This document shows positions 47,569-59,717 of a DNA stretch of 64,000 nt, in pieces; positions within the stretch are counted from its first letter, which is position 1; every line of letters begins with the position of its first letter. This stretch comes from Candidatus Aminicenantes bacterium (GTDB lineage Bacteria > Acidobacteriota > Aminicenantia > JAMOAD01): NCBI GenBank assembly GCA_027067555.1, contig JAMOVU010000191.1:6750-70749 (forward strand), given 5' to 3'. The notes beneath the pieces are model-generated. The model did not search any database. It was given only the letters and a program-made list of their open reading frames with translations, and had not been told where the DNA came from. A program made the position numbers and the translations under genes.

Positions 47569-50500
47569 CTAATTGGTAGAGAGATCTTTTAATATTAGCG
47601 GAAGTGTTCTTTTCAGCTTTTCTATTGAAGTAAAGGAAAAAGATATCCTTAAATCTTCAAGAGATTCCCCTTTGTATTTTCTTAAAGTTTCTATAATCCT
47701 TTTTTCTGAAATTTTTGAAAGAGGGGAAAACTCTATCGTCAGTTTTTCATATTTGTAATCCATTTTGATTATTCTTAATCTCAGAGAATAAATTCTTAAC
47801 ATAACAACAAAAATAAGATTTTTTATTTCTAATGGAAGATTTCCGAATCTATCAAATAGCTCCTCTTCCAATTCCTTTAATTCGGAAAGGTTTTTAATTG
47901 AAGAAAATCGTTTGTAGAGGGCTAATCTCTGGGATGATTGAGGGATGTATGCTTCCGGTATTATATAAGTTAGAGGTAAATTTATTTCCGGAGAAACTTC
48001 ATATTCTTCCTCTCCTTTCATCTCTTTTATAGTTTTATTTAGAAGCCAGAGATAGTATTCAAATCCCACTGCTCTAAGATGCCCATGCTGCTCTTTTCCC
48101 AAAAGATTTCCCGCTCCTCTTATCTCAAGGTCCATTGCAGCTAATCTGAAACCAGAGCCTAATTCCTGAAATTCTCTTATGGCTTTGAGTCTTTTTTTAG
48201 CTTTTTCATTTAAAAGATGTTTTGAATTTATAAGAAAATAAGCATAGGCTTTTCTATTTCCCCTTCCGATTCTTCCTCTTAATTGATAGAGCTGGGAGAG
48301 CCCGAAATTCTGAGCATCAATCACAATTAGAGTGTTAACATTTTCTATATCAATTCCATTTTCAATGATGGTTGTGGAGATTAAAATTTTTGTCTTCTTA
48401 TTAATAAAATTGAGCATCCTTTCTTCTATGGTTCTATTTGGTAGCTTTGAATGGATTATTGTGTTTTCAATTGAAGGTATTAATCTTTTTATCAGATTTC
48501 CGAAACTTTCTATTCTTTCTATGTTGTTGTAAATTATGTAAACCTGACCATCTCTTGCAATTTCAAATTTTATAGCTTCCTTTATTATTTCCTCATTGTA
48601 TTCCTCTACAATTGTAGCAATTTCCATTCTTCCAGGGGGAGGAGTTTCTATAATACTAAGATCTTTAACCCCTGAGAGAGCCATATTCAGGGTTCTCGGG
48701 ATGGGAGTGGCGCTTAAACTTAAAACATGGATGTTTTCCTTCATTTTTAGAATTTTATCTTTGTGTTTTACTCCGAATCTCTGCTCTTCATCTATTATCA
48801 AAAGAGCTAAATTTTTAAATTTAATTTTGTCTGATAAGAGAGCATGGGTTCCTACTATTATATCTATTTCTCCTTTTTCTATTTTTTCATAGATTTTTTT
48901 CTTTTTTGCAGGGGTAGTCATTCTTGATAATTCCTCTATTTTATAAGGAAAGCCTGAAAATCTTTTTTTAAAATTTCTAAAATGCTGCTCAGCTAAAATA
49001 GTTGTGGGGCATAAAAGTGCTACCTGTTTTTTGTTCGAAACTGCTCTGAAAGCTGCTCGCATTGCTATTTCGGTTTTTCCGAATCCTACATCTCCACAGA
49101 GAAGTCTATCCATGGGTTGTTCCTGTTTTAAATCATAGGATATCTCTTCCCAGCTTCTCTTCTGATCTTCTGTTTCCTCAAATTCAAAATTTGAGATAAA
49201 AAGAGCTTCCTTTTCCTCGTCCGGATAAAGAGGGGAGGCTTTTAGTGATTTCCTCTTTGCGTATAATTTTAGAAGATCTCTTGCTATTTTAAATATTCCA
49301 GATTTAACTTTTTCGCGTGTTCTTGTCCAATTCTTACTCCCAAGCTTATCCAGAACCGGTATATAACCTTCGGGACCTGAGTATCTATAAACAAGATTAA
49401 AATCTTCAATAGCAACATAGACTTTATCTCCTCCGGAATATTCAAGTACAAGAAATTCCGAATAATTATCTTTTATCTTAAGTTTTTTTATTCCTTTAAA
49501 AAGGGCTATTCCGTATTTTGTATGGACAACAAAATCGCCCTCTTTGAAACCGAGTTGAAAATGAAAAGAAGCAGCTTTCTTTTCTATTTTTCTCTCTTTG
49601 GCTTTTTTAAAAAAATGGACGAAATTTATATTTACTCCTTCTGAAAGGACAAAGGAAAATCCATCCTCTATTTCATCTTTTACAAAGTAAATTTTTGTAA
49701 AGTTTTTTTCATCAATCTCTTTAATAATTTTTTCCTTTATTTTTTCATCTTTTGTAAAAATCAGAAAGATTTCATTTTTACTTTTTTCAACCGTTTCAGA
49801 AAAAGAATTTTCATTAAAATTTAGTTTTCTATAGGGAAAATAGAAAGCATTTTTTTCGGGGATGTGTGAAAATTCCAAAGAATTAAATGTCTTGGCAAAA
49901 GGTATGTTTTTCTTAAAAAATAGGTTTAATGGAGGTGAAAGAAAGAAGGAGATATTTTTTTCCCGATGTTTTTGCCAGTCTTCTTTTAATTGTTTTATAT
50001 AATCTTCATAATTTTCAATATCCTTTATAAATATTTTTTCTTGTTCTATTAATAAGGAATCTTCATTATTAAGAAAGACTCTGAATATTTCTTCTCCCTG
50101 GAAGTAAAGCCCCTCACTCCAGTATTTGAATAATCTTTTTAATATATTACTTGTTAGAGAGTTATCCCATTTCTTTTTAAGAATAGGTTTTAAGTCCTCT
50201 TTTTCTTTTTTTGTTAAAAATTCTGCTATCGTAAGTATTTGAGCTTTTTCTATTTTTTTAATTGTTCTTTGTGTTGAAGGGTCAAAGTGCCTTATGGAAA
50301 AAATTTCATCACCATCAAAATCTATTCTTATAGGAAAAGATTCTCCGAGAGGGAAAATATCTATAATGTGACCTCTTACAGAGAAATCTCCTTGATAAAT
50401 TGTAAGATCTCTTTCAGAATAAGAAAATTGTCGTAATTTTTTTATCAAAAATTCTTGAGAAATCTCCTCTCCTGTTTCTATTTTCAAACTATATTCTTTT

Positions 50501-50913
50501 ATTGCTGAGAGTGGAGGAAGAGGGAATAAAAGGGAGTTCGGATCTGTAATAATAACTTTTTTTCTGTCCTTTTTTAAAATAGAAATAAAAGCTCTTATTC
50601 TTTCGTAAGAAATGAATAGTGGAGTATCTTTTATTAGATAAGGGGAGTTATAGGAAGAAGGGAGCAGTAAAACATCGGTTTCTTTATTGTAAAGATTTAA
50701 GAAAGATGAGATTTGTTTTTTCAAAATGAATATATCCTTATCTGAAATTATCAAAAAATCATTGCTGGATTTTGAAATAAAAGATGAAATTAAGTGTGAG
50801 AAACCACTATCGAAGGGCCTTATTATTTTTGCTTGTTTTTTTTCATTGAAACTCTTAATTAATTCTTTAAATTTGTTATATCCAAATAAAAACTTTACTA
50901 CATTGGATTCCAT
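47569..50913 (-). CDS. mfd: Transcription-repair coupling factor
   Basis: CGDVGFGKTE, DEEQRFGV, SATPIPRTL, QLRGRIGR and DLEIRGAGNLLG. Confidence 0.97.
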   Translation of the reverse strand: MESNVVKFLFGYNKFKELIKSFNEKKQAKIIRPFDSGFSHLISSFISKSSNDFLIISDKDIFILKKQISSFLNLYNKETDVLLLPSSYNSPYLIKDTPLFISYERIRAFISILKKDRKKVIITDPNSLLFPLPPLSAIKEYSLKIETGEEISQEFLIKKLRQFSYSERDLTIYQGDFSVRGHIIDIFPLGESFPIRIDFDGDEIFSIRHFDPSTQRTIKKIEKAQILTIAEFLTKKEKEDLKPILKKKWDNSLTSNILKRLFKYWSEGLYFQGEEIFRVFLNNEDSLLIEQEKIFIKDIENYEDYIKQLKEDWQKHREKNISFFLSPPLNLFFKKNIPFAKTFNSLEFSHIPEKNAFYFPYRKLNFNENSFSETVEKSKNEIFLIFTKDEKIKEKIIKEIDEKNFTKIYFVKDEIEDGFSFVLSEGVNINFVHFFKKAKERKIEKKAASFHFQLGFKEGDFVVHTKYGIALFKGIKKLKIKDNYSEFLVLEYSGGDKVYVAIEDFNLVYRYSGPEGYIPVLDKLGSKNWTRTREKVKSGIFKIARDLLKLYAKRKSLKASPLYPDEEKEALFISNFEFEETEDQKRSWEEISYDLKQEQPMDRLLCGDVGFGKTEIAMRAAFRAVSNKKQVALLCPTTILAEQHFRNFKKRFSGFPYKIEELSRMTTPAKKKKIYEKIEKGEIDIIVGTHALLSDKIKFKNLALLIIDEEQRFGVKHKDKILKMKENIHVLSLSATPIPRTLNMALSGVKDLSIIETPPPGRMEIATIVEEYNEEIIKEAIKFEIARDGQVYIIYNNIERIESFGNLIKRLIPSIENTIIHSKLPNRTIEERMLNFINKKTKILISTTIIENGIDIENVNTLIVIDAQNFGLSQLYQLRGRIGRGNRKAYAYFLINSKHLLNEKAKKRLKAIREFQELGSGFRLAAMDLEIRGAGNLLGKEQHGHLRAVGFEYYLWLLNKTIKEMKGEEEYEVSPEINLPLTYIIPEAYIPQSSQRLALYKRFSSIKNLSELKELEEELFDRFGNLPLEIKNLIFVVMLRIYSLRLRIIKMDYKYEKLTIEFSPLSKISEKRIIETLRKYKGESLEDLRISFSFTSIEKLKRTLPLILKDLSTN

Positions 50914-51524
50914 TATCTAAAAAAAATAACAGTATAGTGGGACAAAAGTTCTTTTTTCCAGTATTTTTCAAGTTTTGTTGCTCTTTCGAGTTTTATCTTT
51001 TTTTCAATGATTGCGGCTGCTTCCGTAAGAGGTTTAATGGGTAAGTTTAATTTTTTTTGATTGGGTAGATATACTTTTTTGTAATAATTTTCTATTTCAT
51101 CAAATCTTACTATTACCTTTGACATTAAAACTTTCTCTTTCATTTTATTAAAAAAAAGATAATCTTTTATAAATTTACTAAGATCCTCTAAATTCATATT
51201 GTATACTTTTAATTGTTTTTTCAGGTTTTCAATACCTCCATAATCCTCTATTAATTTTTCTTTAAATGAATTTATATTAAGATCCTCTGAGGTCTCATAA
51301 TCTCTTTTAAATTCATAGATAACAGCCTTTATGAGGATTATTTTATTTAAAATGTCTTCATCAGTCAAACTTTTATCTCTGAAAAAGAAATCCCGTGCAA
51401 GGGAAAGATCAAAAACTGTTATATATTCATTCTCAAATTTCACAAGTGGTAGATCAATAGTTATGGAATTTAAAGTTGAAACTAACGCAAGACTAAAAAA
51501 TATTACCCACCGCAAAATATACAT
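50913..51524 (-). CDS. Exported SurA N-terminal-like protein
   Basis: Signal peptide, helical SurA-like pattern, GGAGG SD before ATG 51524; lies between the Omp85 gene and mfd. Confidence 0.55.
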   Translation of the reverse strand: MYILRWVIFFSLALVSTLNSITIDLPLVKFENEYITVFDLSLARDFFFRDKSLTDEDILNKIILIKAVIYEFKRDYETSEDLNINSFKEKLIEDYGGIENLKKQLKVYNMNLEDLSKFIKDYLFFNKMKEKVLMSKVIVRFDEIENYYKKVYLPNQKKLNLPIKPLTEAAAIIEKKIKLERATKLEKYWKKELLSHYTVIFFR

Positions 51525-54199
51525 GGAATTTCCTCCTAACTTTTTTTTCAAGATTCCAGCCAAAATCTATTCTTAATGGGCCCAGTGGAGTTCTGTATCT
51601 TAAGCCTATCCCAACAGCATCATCAAAACTTTTTTTCCAGATATCCGAGGTTTCCCTCACTATATTTCCCTTATCATAGAAAAAGGCTACTCTTAGGTCT
51701 TCAATGGGAAGAGGTGATGGAAGTATTATTTCAAAATTATTTAAAAGTTCAGCTTTTCCTCCCAATGGAGCTCCTGTTTCTGGATCAAGGGGGCCGAGTT
51801 CATCTATAGCATTTCCTCTAAAAGAGGAGCTTCCTCCTGCAAAATATCTTTCTACAATGGGTATATTCCCCCATCCTGCTCCCCACCTTATATTATCAAA
51901 AATTACGATATCATTTTTTAATAACCAGAACTTTTGATATTTTCCGGAAATTTTGAGGTATTTTGAAGTTGTTCCTAAAAATGGAAAGGCATAGGTAAGA
52001 TTCATAGAATAAAAATTACCATGAGTGGGATTAAAGGGGTCATCTCTTTTATCTCTTGTATATGAAAAAGCTATGTTAGTTGTTGAAAAAGGTGCATTTT
52101 CCCTGTCAACCTCAGAAGGGGAAATATTTAATGATAGCAATTTTGTATTGACAATTGAGAAGTTCATAGAAAAAAATGATTTTGTTTCTATTTTTTTTAT
52201 AAGATTTACCGTTAAGCCTCTCCTTCTATAAGAATAACTTCTTAAAGACTCCTCTTCAAACCAGGAACTAAAAAATGATTTTAACATAAAAGAAGTTTTC
52301 CACGGGGTATCAAAACTCAGAATAATTCTCTTTTCATTTTTACCATATTTCATTACAAAAGAGTAAGAATTTGCTTTTCCAAAAAGATTGTATTTTTGGT
52401 ATTCAAGCATAAGTTTTAAGCCAACTCTTTCACCCCACCCAAGGCCATAACTCAGATAATCACTTTTTTCCGGGGCTGTTTTTATGATTATTACCTTTTT
52501 ATTTTTTGAAATATTCAGAGTTTTTATTTCTATCCTTTTAAATACGCCAAGACTTTCGAGAGTGTTAAGAGAAAGTTGAAGCTTTTTTTTATCAAGATAG
52601 TCTCCTTTTTTCAGCTTAATACTATTCCAGAAAAGGGAATTATTTATATTTTTCTCTCCGATCCATAATATATCATGTACGGTAAATCTCTCTCCCTCTT
52701 TTACAATAAAAGTTAATGATATGAAATTCCCTTTTTTTTCTATTTTAGTGTCTATTTTTATATTATCAAACCCTCTCTTATAGTATTCAGTGAGAAGGGA
52801 AGTTTTCCATCTTTGAATTTCACTGTTGTTAAATGGTAATGATTCTTTTATCCCAATTTTTTCTTTCAAGTATAATATATTAAAAAAGTGGATCCCCTTG
52901 AATTTTATATTTTTAATGATAGTTTGGGGGCCTTCATTTATTATGATTTTAAGGTTTAATCTACTGTTAATAGGTGTAGCATTGTAAAATACTTTTGTTC
53001 TTTTAAATCCATTATTCCAGTAGAAAATTTGAAGTTCGTAGATGATGTCTTTTAAGACAGAGGCATCAAAGTAACCGTAATAGAAAAATTCTTTAATATA
53101 TTTTGAGATTATTTTTTTTAATTCTTTGTTTGAAAAATGTATATTCCCTTTAAAACTAATCTTTCCCAATCTAAATCTTTTCCCTTTTTTAACTATGTAT
53201 GAGATTCTTAAATAATCTTTTTTTTCTCTTTTTCTTATCTCCACATTTGGAAAAAAATATCCCTTTTTTCTCAGCTCAAACAAAATTTTATTTTTCCCTT
53301 CTTCTATTGCCCATGGTGGGAAAACGACATTCTCCCATAAGGGATAAAAAATAGATTTTTTTATCCTAATTCCAATAACATTTAATATTATTTTTTTTCC
53401 TTTTTTTGATTCAAATATAATGTTTACTTTATTTTTACTTGGCCTTTTTACTTTTGAATTTACAGAACACATGAAGTATCCTCTTTTTTTCAGATAGTTG
53501 GATATTATCCTTTCTGACTCTTTTAAGTCTGAGATTCTAAAAATCTTCGATCTTTTGATTTTAATCTTTTTTGAAATACCCAAAATATCACTTTTTGTTA
53601 ATCCTTTAAATGTAATATCCTCTGTAATAATTCTTCCTTCTATTTTATAAAATATTTTTAAAACATTTTTATTTTTTACTTTTACAAGAATAAACTTATC
53701 TTTATTTACAAGATAACCGTTTTCCTCTATTATTTTTGTTGTGTTTTTTATTATTTCTTCAATTTTTCTCTTTGAAAAAGGCTTTTCTTCCAATTCTTCT
53801 CTCAGTTTTTTATATAAAGATTGTTTTAAATTTTTGTCTATTTTAAAATGAGAAAAAGAAAGATGGATTTGATCTATTGTAATTAGGTTTTTAAAATTAA
53901 TTTGAATTTTGCATCCATTTCTTTCTTTTATAGCAGAAATTTTAATATCACTAAACAAACCCAGAGATAGAAGATTTTTTAAATCCCGATCTATTTTTTT
54001 TATAGAAAAGATTTCTCCTTCTTTTGTTGAAAGAATTTTTTTTATATCTGCTTTTCCGATTTCCCCCTTTTTTGAGATTAATTTCTAATGTGGTTATTTT
54101 TTTATTCAGACAGAGTTCCCAAGGTACCGAAGAGTAAAGAAAGGAAAAAGAAAAAAATAATAAAATTGTGCTCAAAAATTTTCTTAAAAATGCCTTCAT
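51493..54199 (-). CDS. BamA/TamA-family Omp85 protein (POTRA repeats + barrel), frameshifted near 54063-54073
   Basis: ERYFAGG...FRG and GLRYRTPLGPLRIDFG with terminal F. The signal peptide is in the 82-aa ORF and the first POTRA continues in another frame. Confidence 0.85.
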
Positions 54200-57100
54200 T
54201 TTCTCCTTCTAACTATTCTGAATTCTAAACTGTAATAACCATTTTCATCTCTATAAGCAATAAGAGATATATTCCTTGATAATGAATATTCGCCATATAC
54301 CATGTAATTATTTTGATTAGTTAAGTCAAAAGTGTAAATTACAAATAGATTTTTTGCTATTTTATTTCCCACAGCAATTCGGGGTGAGGGTTCAGAAGAT
54401 GAAGCATTCATAAAAGGATATACCCGAATAATATCCGGTCTGAACTTTTTTGGGGTAAGAGAGTTAATTATTCCGGTGAATGATGAGGCTATTAGAGTGG
54501 AGGAACTTTGCATATTTGCTATTTCACTTGAATAGCTTCTTCTGTAAGATTCTCCCATTGCTATTAATGTAAGGACCTCCTGGGGTGGAAGTGGTGGAGA
54601 TGATGTCAGTTCAGGGATTGGATGGTCGTAATATCCTTTTATTGAAAAGTTAACTCTATAATCCTTTATGTAGCTTTCACTGATTATGTTTAATCTGGGA
54701 TTTATATAGTATGGATTATCAAATATAAGGTCCCCTTTTATAATGTTAAATTTTTGGTCCGAGAAATACATAAAACCTTTCTTTACTTTTATGTTTCCTA
54801 TTATCACGGGATTTAAGTAATTTCCTCTGATATGAAAATCGTATTTAATCTCGCCTTCAAATAAACTATTTCTTACCCAGGAATTTCCATTTGATACAAA
54901 ATTCACATCAAAATTAAATATTTTCATAAAGTCATTCTGCTCTCCAATTGGTTCCGGGGAGGATGAAAAACTTATGCCTTCTTCAAATTCTCTCTGCCAC
55001 TCCATTTCATTTACAAATATAAGACCGCTGACTTTTATACTATCTCCCTCTTTTTTTAGATTTATATTTGTATCCGCTATTCCTTTAACTCTTTCCATTG
55101 GCATTAATTTTAAGGAATTACCCTGGAAATTAATGTTTAGATCTTTTATTTCCGCTCCTTTAAGTCTTATTATCCCCCCTCCGGATATCTCACCTCCACC
55201 GAGGATTCCCTTAAATTTAGAAATTGTTATATTGTTAGATCTAATAATTGCTAAAATATCAAAATTATTTATACTTTGGGAATAATCCGGAATTACCAGT
55301 GTATCTCCTTTTGCAGTAATAAAACCATTAAAAACAGGGGTTTCATAATTTCCTGAAATATTTAAGGAAAGTTTCAATTCTCCCACATTATATTTCCAAG
55401 GGAGAATATAGTTTATGTCTTTTGTATTTAAGAGGAGGTCCAATAGCAGATTTTCATTTTTCCAGTTAATCTCACCTTTTATTTTGGTTAAAAGTTTATT
55501 GTCTTCTGAATGTATTTTTAAATTTAATCGGATGGAGTTTTCAAAAGGTATGCTTATGCCTTTAAATATTAATGGTATTTCTGTGGGCGACAACCCCTTA
55601 AATCTGTCTATTTTTCCTGATATCAGAAGAGGATCTTTGGAAAATTTACCTTTTCCTTTTATTTTGATATCTGTTTCTCCTGAGAATTTTTTAATATAAG
55701 AACTTACTTTTATCCCTTTTCCTGAGATATCAATGTTAAAAGAATCATATTTTTTATTAATATAACTGAGAGTAAAAGAACCCTTTACTTCTCCTCCGTT
55801 ATAAGTGGCATCAATGTTTTTTAAGGAAAATTCACCTGAGTTATTATTCTGTTTACTTTCAATTTTAGCCAAAAAGTTTTTAAACCTCATTTCTCCGTAA
55901 GTAAATAAATCTCCTTTTACACTTCCATTTACCTCAAATTTTTCTTTATCAAAAAGTTTAATTTTAAATTTTCCTTCCCCACGCCCTCCAATAGGAAGCT
56001 CAAGTTCCAGAATTTTATTAATTCCTTTTATATCCGCTTCTTTTACAGAAAGATTAATTTCGGATAAATCTTTGTTGGCTTTTATATCTCCATAACCTGA
56101 GTATTTAGTCCCTGAGAAATTAAAAATGCCCTTTGTAATTTTATTTTTTGTCTTTAATTTTGCTTTAAGTTTTCCTATGTAAACTCCTTGAGAAAGAAAA
56201 TCTTTGAAATTAAGGGAAAGATCCAATTCTGGATTCAAAAAATTTCCTTTTCCTTTTAAGGTGATAATTCCATCTGCTTCGGGTTTCCAGGGGGAGAAAT
56301 CTATTTCAGTAAAGAAGAAAATTGGATTTAAGTACCTTTTTAGGCTTTTAAAATTTCCTGAAAAATTAATATCTTCATATCTTTCCTTTTTAAAATCTAT
56401 AACAGAATTGTAGGAAAACGAATCCTCTTCACTGAAAATTTTTTCAGCTTTTACGGATAAAAGTTCTTTATCTAAATTGTAATAAAAATTAATGTCTCCT
56501 TTTAGTTTGAGAGGATTTCTCCCGGAAAAATTGTCATTGCAGATAGCTTTTCCAGTTAAGTTATTTGTTTTAAAATTCATTCTTATATTTGCATCACATA
56601 AAGATTCAAAAGGTAATGAATACTCATATAAGTTTAAGAAATCATTAAAATACATCTTATTGATTTTTAAGTTCATTATATCTTTATTGATAATTCCATT
56701 CACGGAGGTATCTTTCATTTTTATTTTAAATTTTATGTTTTGTGAGATTTCTATCTTGGCTGAAATCTCTTTTATCTTTAGATTTCCTATATTACCGTTT
56801 TTCCCGAAAGCCGTTATAATTGTTTTGGCTTTCCCTTTTGAATCACTGAAGATTTTTATTTCTCCGCTTCCCATTCCTTCAAATATAAAAGGAAGTAAAA
56901 AATCTTTTTCAATTTGAGTTAGCTCTCCCTGAGGAAGAAGAGTAAATGAGTATTTAGTTTTTTCTCCCAGGTAAATTCTTCCTCTTCCTGTAAAATAGAG
57001 ATTACCGGAATATAATTTTATCTTTCTAAAGTTTAATTTCCCGCTATCACTTATAGAAAAGCTTAATTCTCCAAACCCGGAAATTTTATAGAGGTCATTT

Positions 57101-57596
57101 ATAGTCAATTTTAACTCTTTTGAGGATAATTTCATTATCATAGTTTTCTCAATTTTTTTAAATTCTCCGTCCACTTTATTTGCTTCTATTTTAACCCCTT
57201 CCATTAAAAGTTTCAGACTTCCATCTGTGAACTTTCCACGGAAATCTGCTGATGGGAAATTTATTTTGCCTCCCCCTTTTATCTTTTTTGTTTTTACAAG
57301 ATTCAGTGTTATTTCCGGTTTGTTTAAATTTAAGTAAAGAGTGGGTTTAAATGGAAAAAATCTAAAATCCTCGAGTTTAATTTCTGAAGCGAGAGCTTTG
57401 AAGGAAAAGTTTTTTCCTTTTTTCTTTATATGAAATAAATTTATCTTAAGGGGGATATAACTATATTTGATATCTTTTACTTCCCCTAAATAATTGCTAA
57501 CTTTCTTTGAGAATATTTTTTGCCATCCTACCAAAAAAAGAAAAATTATAAGAAATATGGCAAAAAAAAAGCGCTAATTTTTAAAATTCTTTTCAT
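54196..57596 (-). CDS. tamB: TamB/AsmA-like translocation and assembly protein, frameshifted at a T9 tract
   Basis: Long beta-rich ORF with C-terminal LTSSPPLPPQEVLTLI. One extra T restores an N-terminal TM anchor from ATG 57596. Confidence 0.8.
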
Positions 57597-58244
57597 TTAT
57601 TTTTTTACTGATTCCCAGTCTTTTAAAAATCTTTCTATTCCTATGTCTGTGAGAGGGTGTTTCATTAATTTTTCTAAAACAGTGTAAGGAATTGTGGCAA
57701 TATCTGCTCCCATTAAAGCAGCTTCTACAAAATGTAAGGGGTGTCTGACGGAAGCAACAATTATCTGAGTTTCTATAAGATAATTATCAAAAATGTTTAC
57801 AATTTGATTTACCATTTCCATTCCTGTTGTACTTATATCATCCAATCTTCCTACAAAGGGACTTACAAAGGTTGCTCCGGCTTTTGCAGCAAGTAGAGCC
57901 TGTGAAGGGGAGAAAATAAGTGTTACATTTGTCTTAATATTCATGCTATTAAGTTCTTTCACTGCTTTTAAACCTTCAAAAGTAGCCGGAATTTTAATAA
58001 CTATGTTCTCATCTATTTTGGCTAAATCCTCAGCTTCCTTAATCATTCCTTTGCTGTCAAGGGATACAACTTCAGCGGAAACAGGGCCTTTTACTATATT
58101 GCAAATTTCTTTTAATGCAGCTTTATAATCGCTAAAACCTTCCTTTGCAATAAGTGTAGGGTTTGTGGTTACTCCATCAACAACCCCGTATTCAACACCT
58201 TTTTTTATGTGTTCAATTTTTGCGGTATCAAGAAAAATTTTCAT
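57597..58244 (-). CDS. tal: Transaldolase (small TalC/FSA-like family)
   Basis: DGVTTNP, VSAEV, VIKIP and SPFVGRLDD; the Glu and Phe residues are typical of transaldolase rather than FSA. Confidence 0.88.
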   Translation of the reverse strand: MKIFLDTAKIEHIKKGVEYGVVDGVTTNPTLIAKEGFSDYKAALKEICNIVKGPVSAEVVSLDSKGMIKEAEDLAKIDENIVIKIPATFEGLKAVKELNSMNIKTNVTLIFSPSQALLAAKAGATFVSPFVGRLDDISTTGMEMVNQIVNIFDNYLIETQIIVASVRHPLHFVEAALMGADIATIPYTVLEKLMKHPLTDIGIERFLKDWESVKK

Positions 58245-58726
58245 CTTTCCTCCTTTCTAAAACTTATTACCAATCTTTTATCAAAAATAGCATCAAACTG
58301 CAAAAACTCAGAGAATATTTTATCAATCAGAGTGTAAAAGTCAAGTTTTTCCCTTTCGGGGTAAAAGGGATAATTTATTACTCTCTTCCCATCATTGTGA
58401 ATTGTGAGTAAATGGGGTTTATCAAAGAAGTTTTCCTCTTTTAAGATGATAGGATTAAAAATATAAAAATTCTCTTCTACTACAATGGAAAAAAGAAGCT
58501 CTTTCTTTTTATAAAAGAAACCTATTTTAATCAATGTTTTTGTTTTTCCCCTTAGATTTAGAGAAGCAGGGTGGAGTGTATAATTGGAAATTTTTTCTAA
58601 GAAGTAGTCAGGAATATAAGGGGTACAATTTTTTAGAGGGATAGCTTCTTTTTCCCCTTTTTGGACTCTTAAACCTTTTATCTCAAAACAATTTTTTAAT
58701 TCTTTGCAACAGATAAAGTATTTCAA
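58241..58726 (-). CDS. Hypothetical protein
   Basis: 161-aa ORF tightly packed within the operon. Confidence 0.55.
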   Translation of the reverse strand: MKYFICCKELKNCFEIKGLRVQKGEKEAIPLKNCTPYIPDYFLEKISNYTLHPASLNLRGKTKTLIKIGFFYKKKELLFSIVVEENFYIFNPIILKEENFFDKPHLLTIHNDGKRVINYPFYPEREKLDFYTLIDKIFSEFLQFDAIFDKRLVISFRKEER

Positions 58727-58727
58727 C

Positions 58728-59717
58728 TTAAAACCTGATCTTTATTATTTTTGATTTTTTGCTTTTGTTTCCTGTTTTGTCAACGGCAATAATGTAAAAG
58801 TAGTAAGTTCTTACCTTTTTGTCTTTCTTTTTAAAGATAAATTTATTTTCTTTTATGGGCTTATCATTAGGGATATTTCGGAATATTGTGCCATTGGTAC
58901 TTGTAAAAATTAGATACCCTTCTATATCTTTTTCCGGAGGTTTGTTCCATTGAATTATAAGGAACCCTTCTGGTGATACCAGGTATCTTATGTTCTCTGG
59001 AGGGGAAGGAGGTCTTTTATCTTTAAAAAGGAATACTATGGGCTTTGAGAGCTCTGTTTCTACAAGGTCTCTTTCTCTTATAATTCCCGAAAGATAGTAT
59101 ACTGTCTTTTCTTCAGCTCTTAAATTATCATTAAATTCTGTAGTCTCCCCATCAAGTTTTTTGTAGAATTTTTTTGTATCATTTTTGTAAATATAGAAAC
59201 CTTCAAAATCTTCTTCACTCTCCCATTTGAAATTAATCTTGTTATCTTTGATTTCTTTTGAGATTATTTTTGGAGGTGATTTTGATTCTAATATGGTGAA
59301 TTTTATTTCATCACTTTTTGATTCAAGCTTTTTATTATAAGAATAAACTTTTAAGATAAGCTCTCCAGTTGAAGGTGGTGTAAACTCCGCAAAAAACTTC
59401 CCATCCTCTATTTTCACATTTTCTTTTTCGTAAAAGACAGTTTTTTTTATTGTGCTACTCGTGGTTTCTTCCTCTTTTTGTTTTATTATGTACCCTTTTA
59501 TTAGAATTTTGGAAAGGAAATTAAGAGGGGTTCCATTCTTAAGTTTGTTGGGGTATGAGATTTTTATAAGGATCTTGTTTCCTCTTTGAGAGACTTTTAT
59601 TTCAGTGGGTTTCGGAGGGATTGGTAAAGGCTTAATTATAAGTGGCCCTCTTTCTCCGCAAAAACTAAAGAAGAGAATAAAAACGAATAAAAATGAAACT
59701 CTTTTTTCTCTTATCAC
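58728..59717 (-). CDS. Lipoprotein with fibronectin type III-like domains
   Basis: Lipobox FSFCG followed by GPL..KP, plus PPSPPEN, W..P..KDIEGY and [15 protein letters not shown]. Confidence 0.78.
   Translation of the reverse strand: MIREKRVSFLFVFILFFSFCGERGPLIIKPLPIPPKPTEIKVSQRGNKILIKISYPNKLKNGTPLNFLSKILIKGYIIKQKEEETTSSTIKKTVFYEKENVKIEDGKFFAEFTPPSTGELILKVYSYNKKLESKSDEIKFTILESKSPPKIISKEIKDNKINFKWESEEDFEGFYIYKNDTKKFYKKLDGETTEFNDNLRAEEKTVYYLSGIIRERDLVETELSKPIVFLFKDKRPPSPPENIRYLVSPEGFLIIQWNKPPEKDIEGYLIFTSTNGTIFRNIPNDKPIKENKFIFKKKDKKVRTYYFYIIAVDKTGNKSKKSKIIKIRF

Noticed and set aside
54063..54073. Programmed -1 ribosomal frameshift at an AAAAAAG-like site in the Omp85 gene
   Set aside because: The required shift is +1 and the heptamer is not in the X-XXY-YYZ phase.
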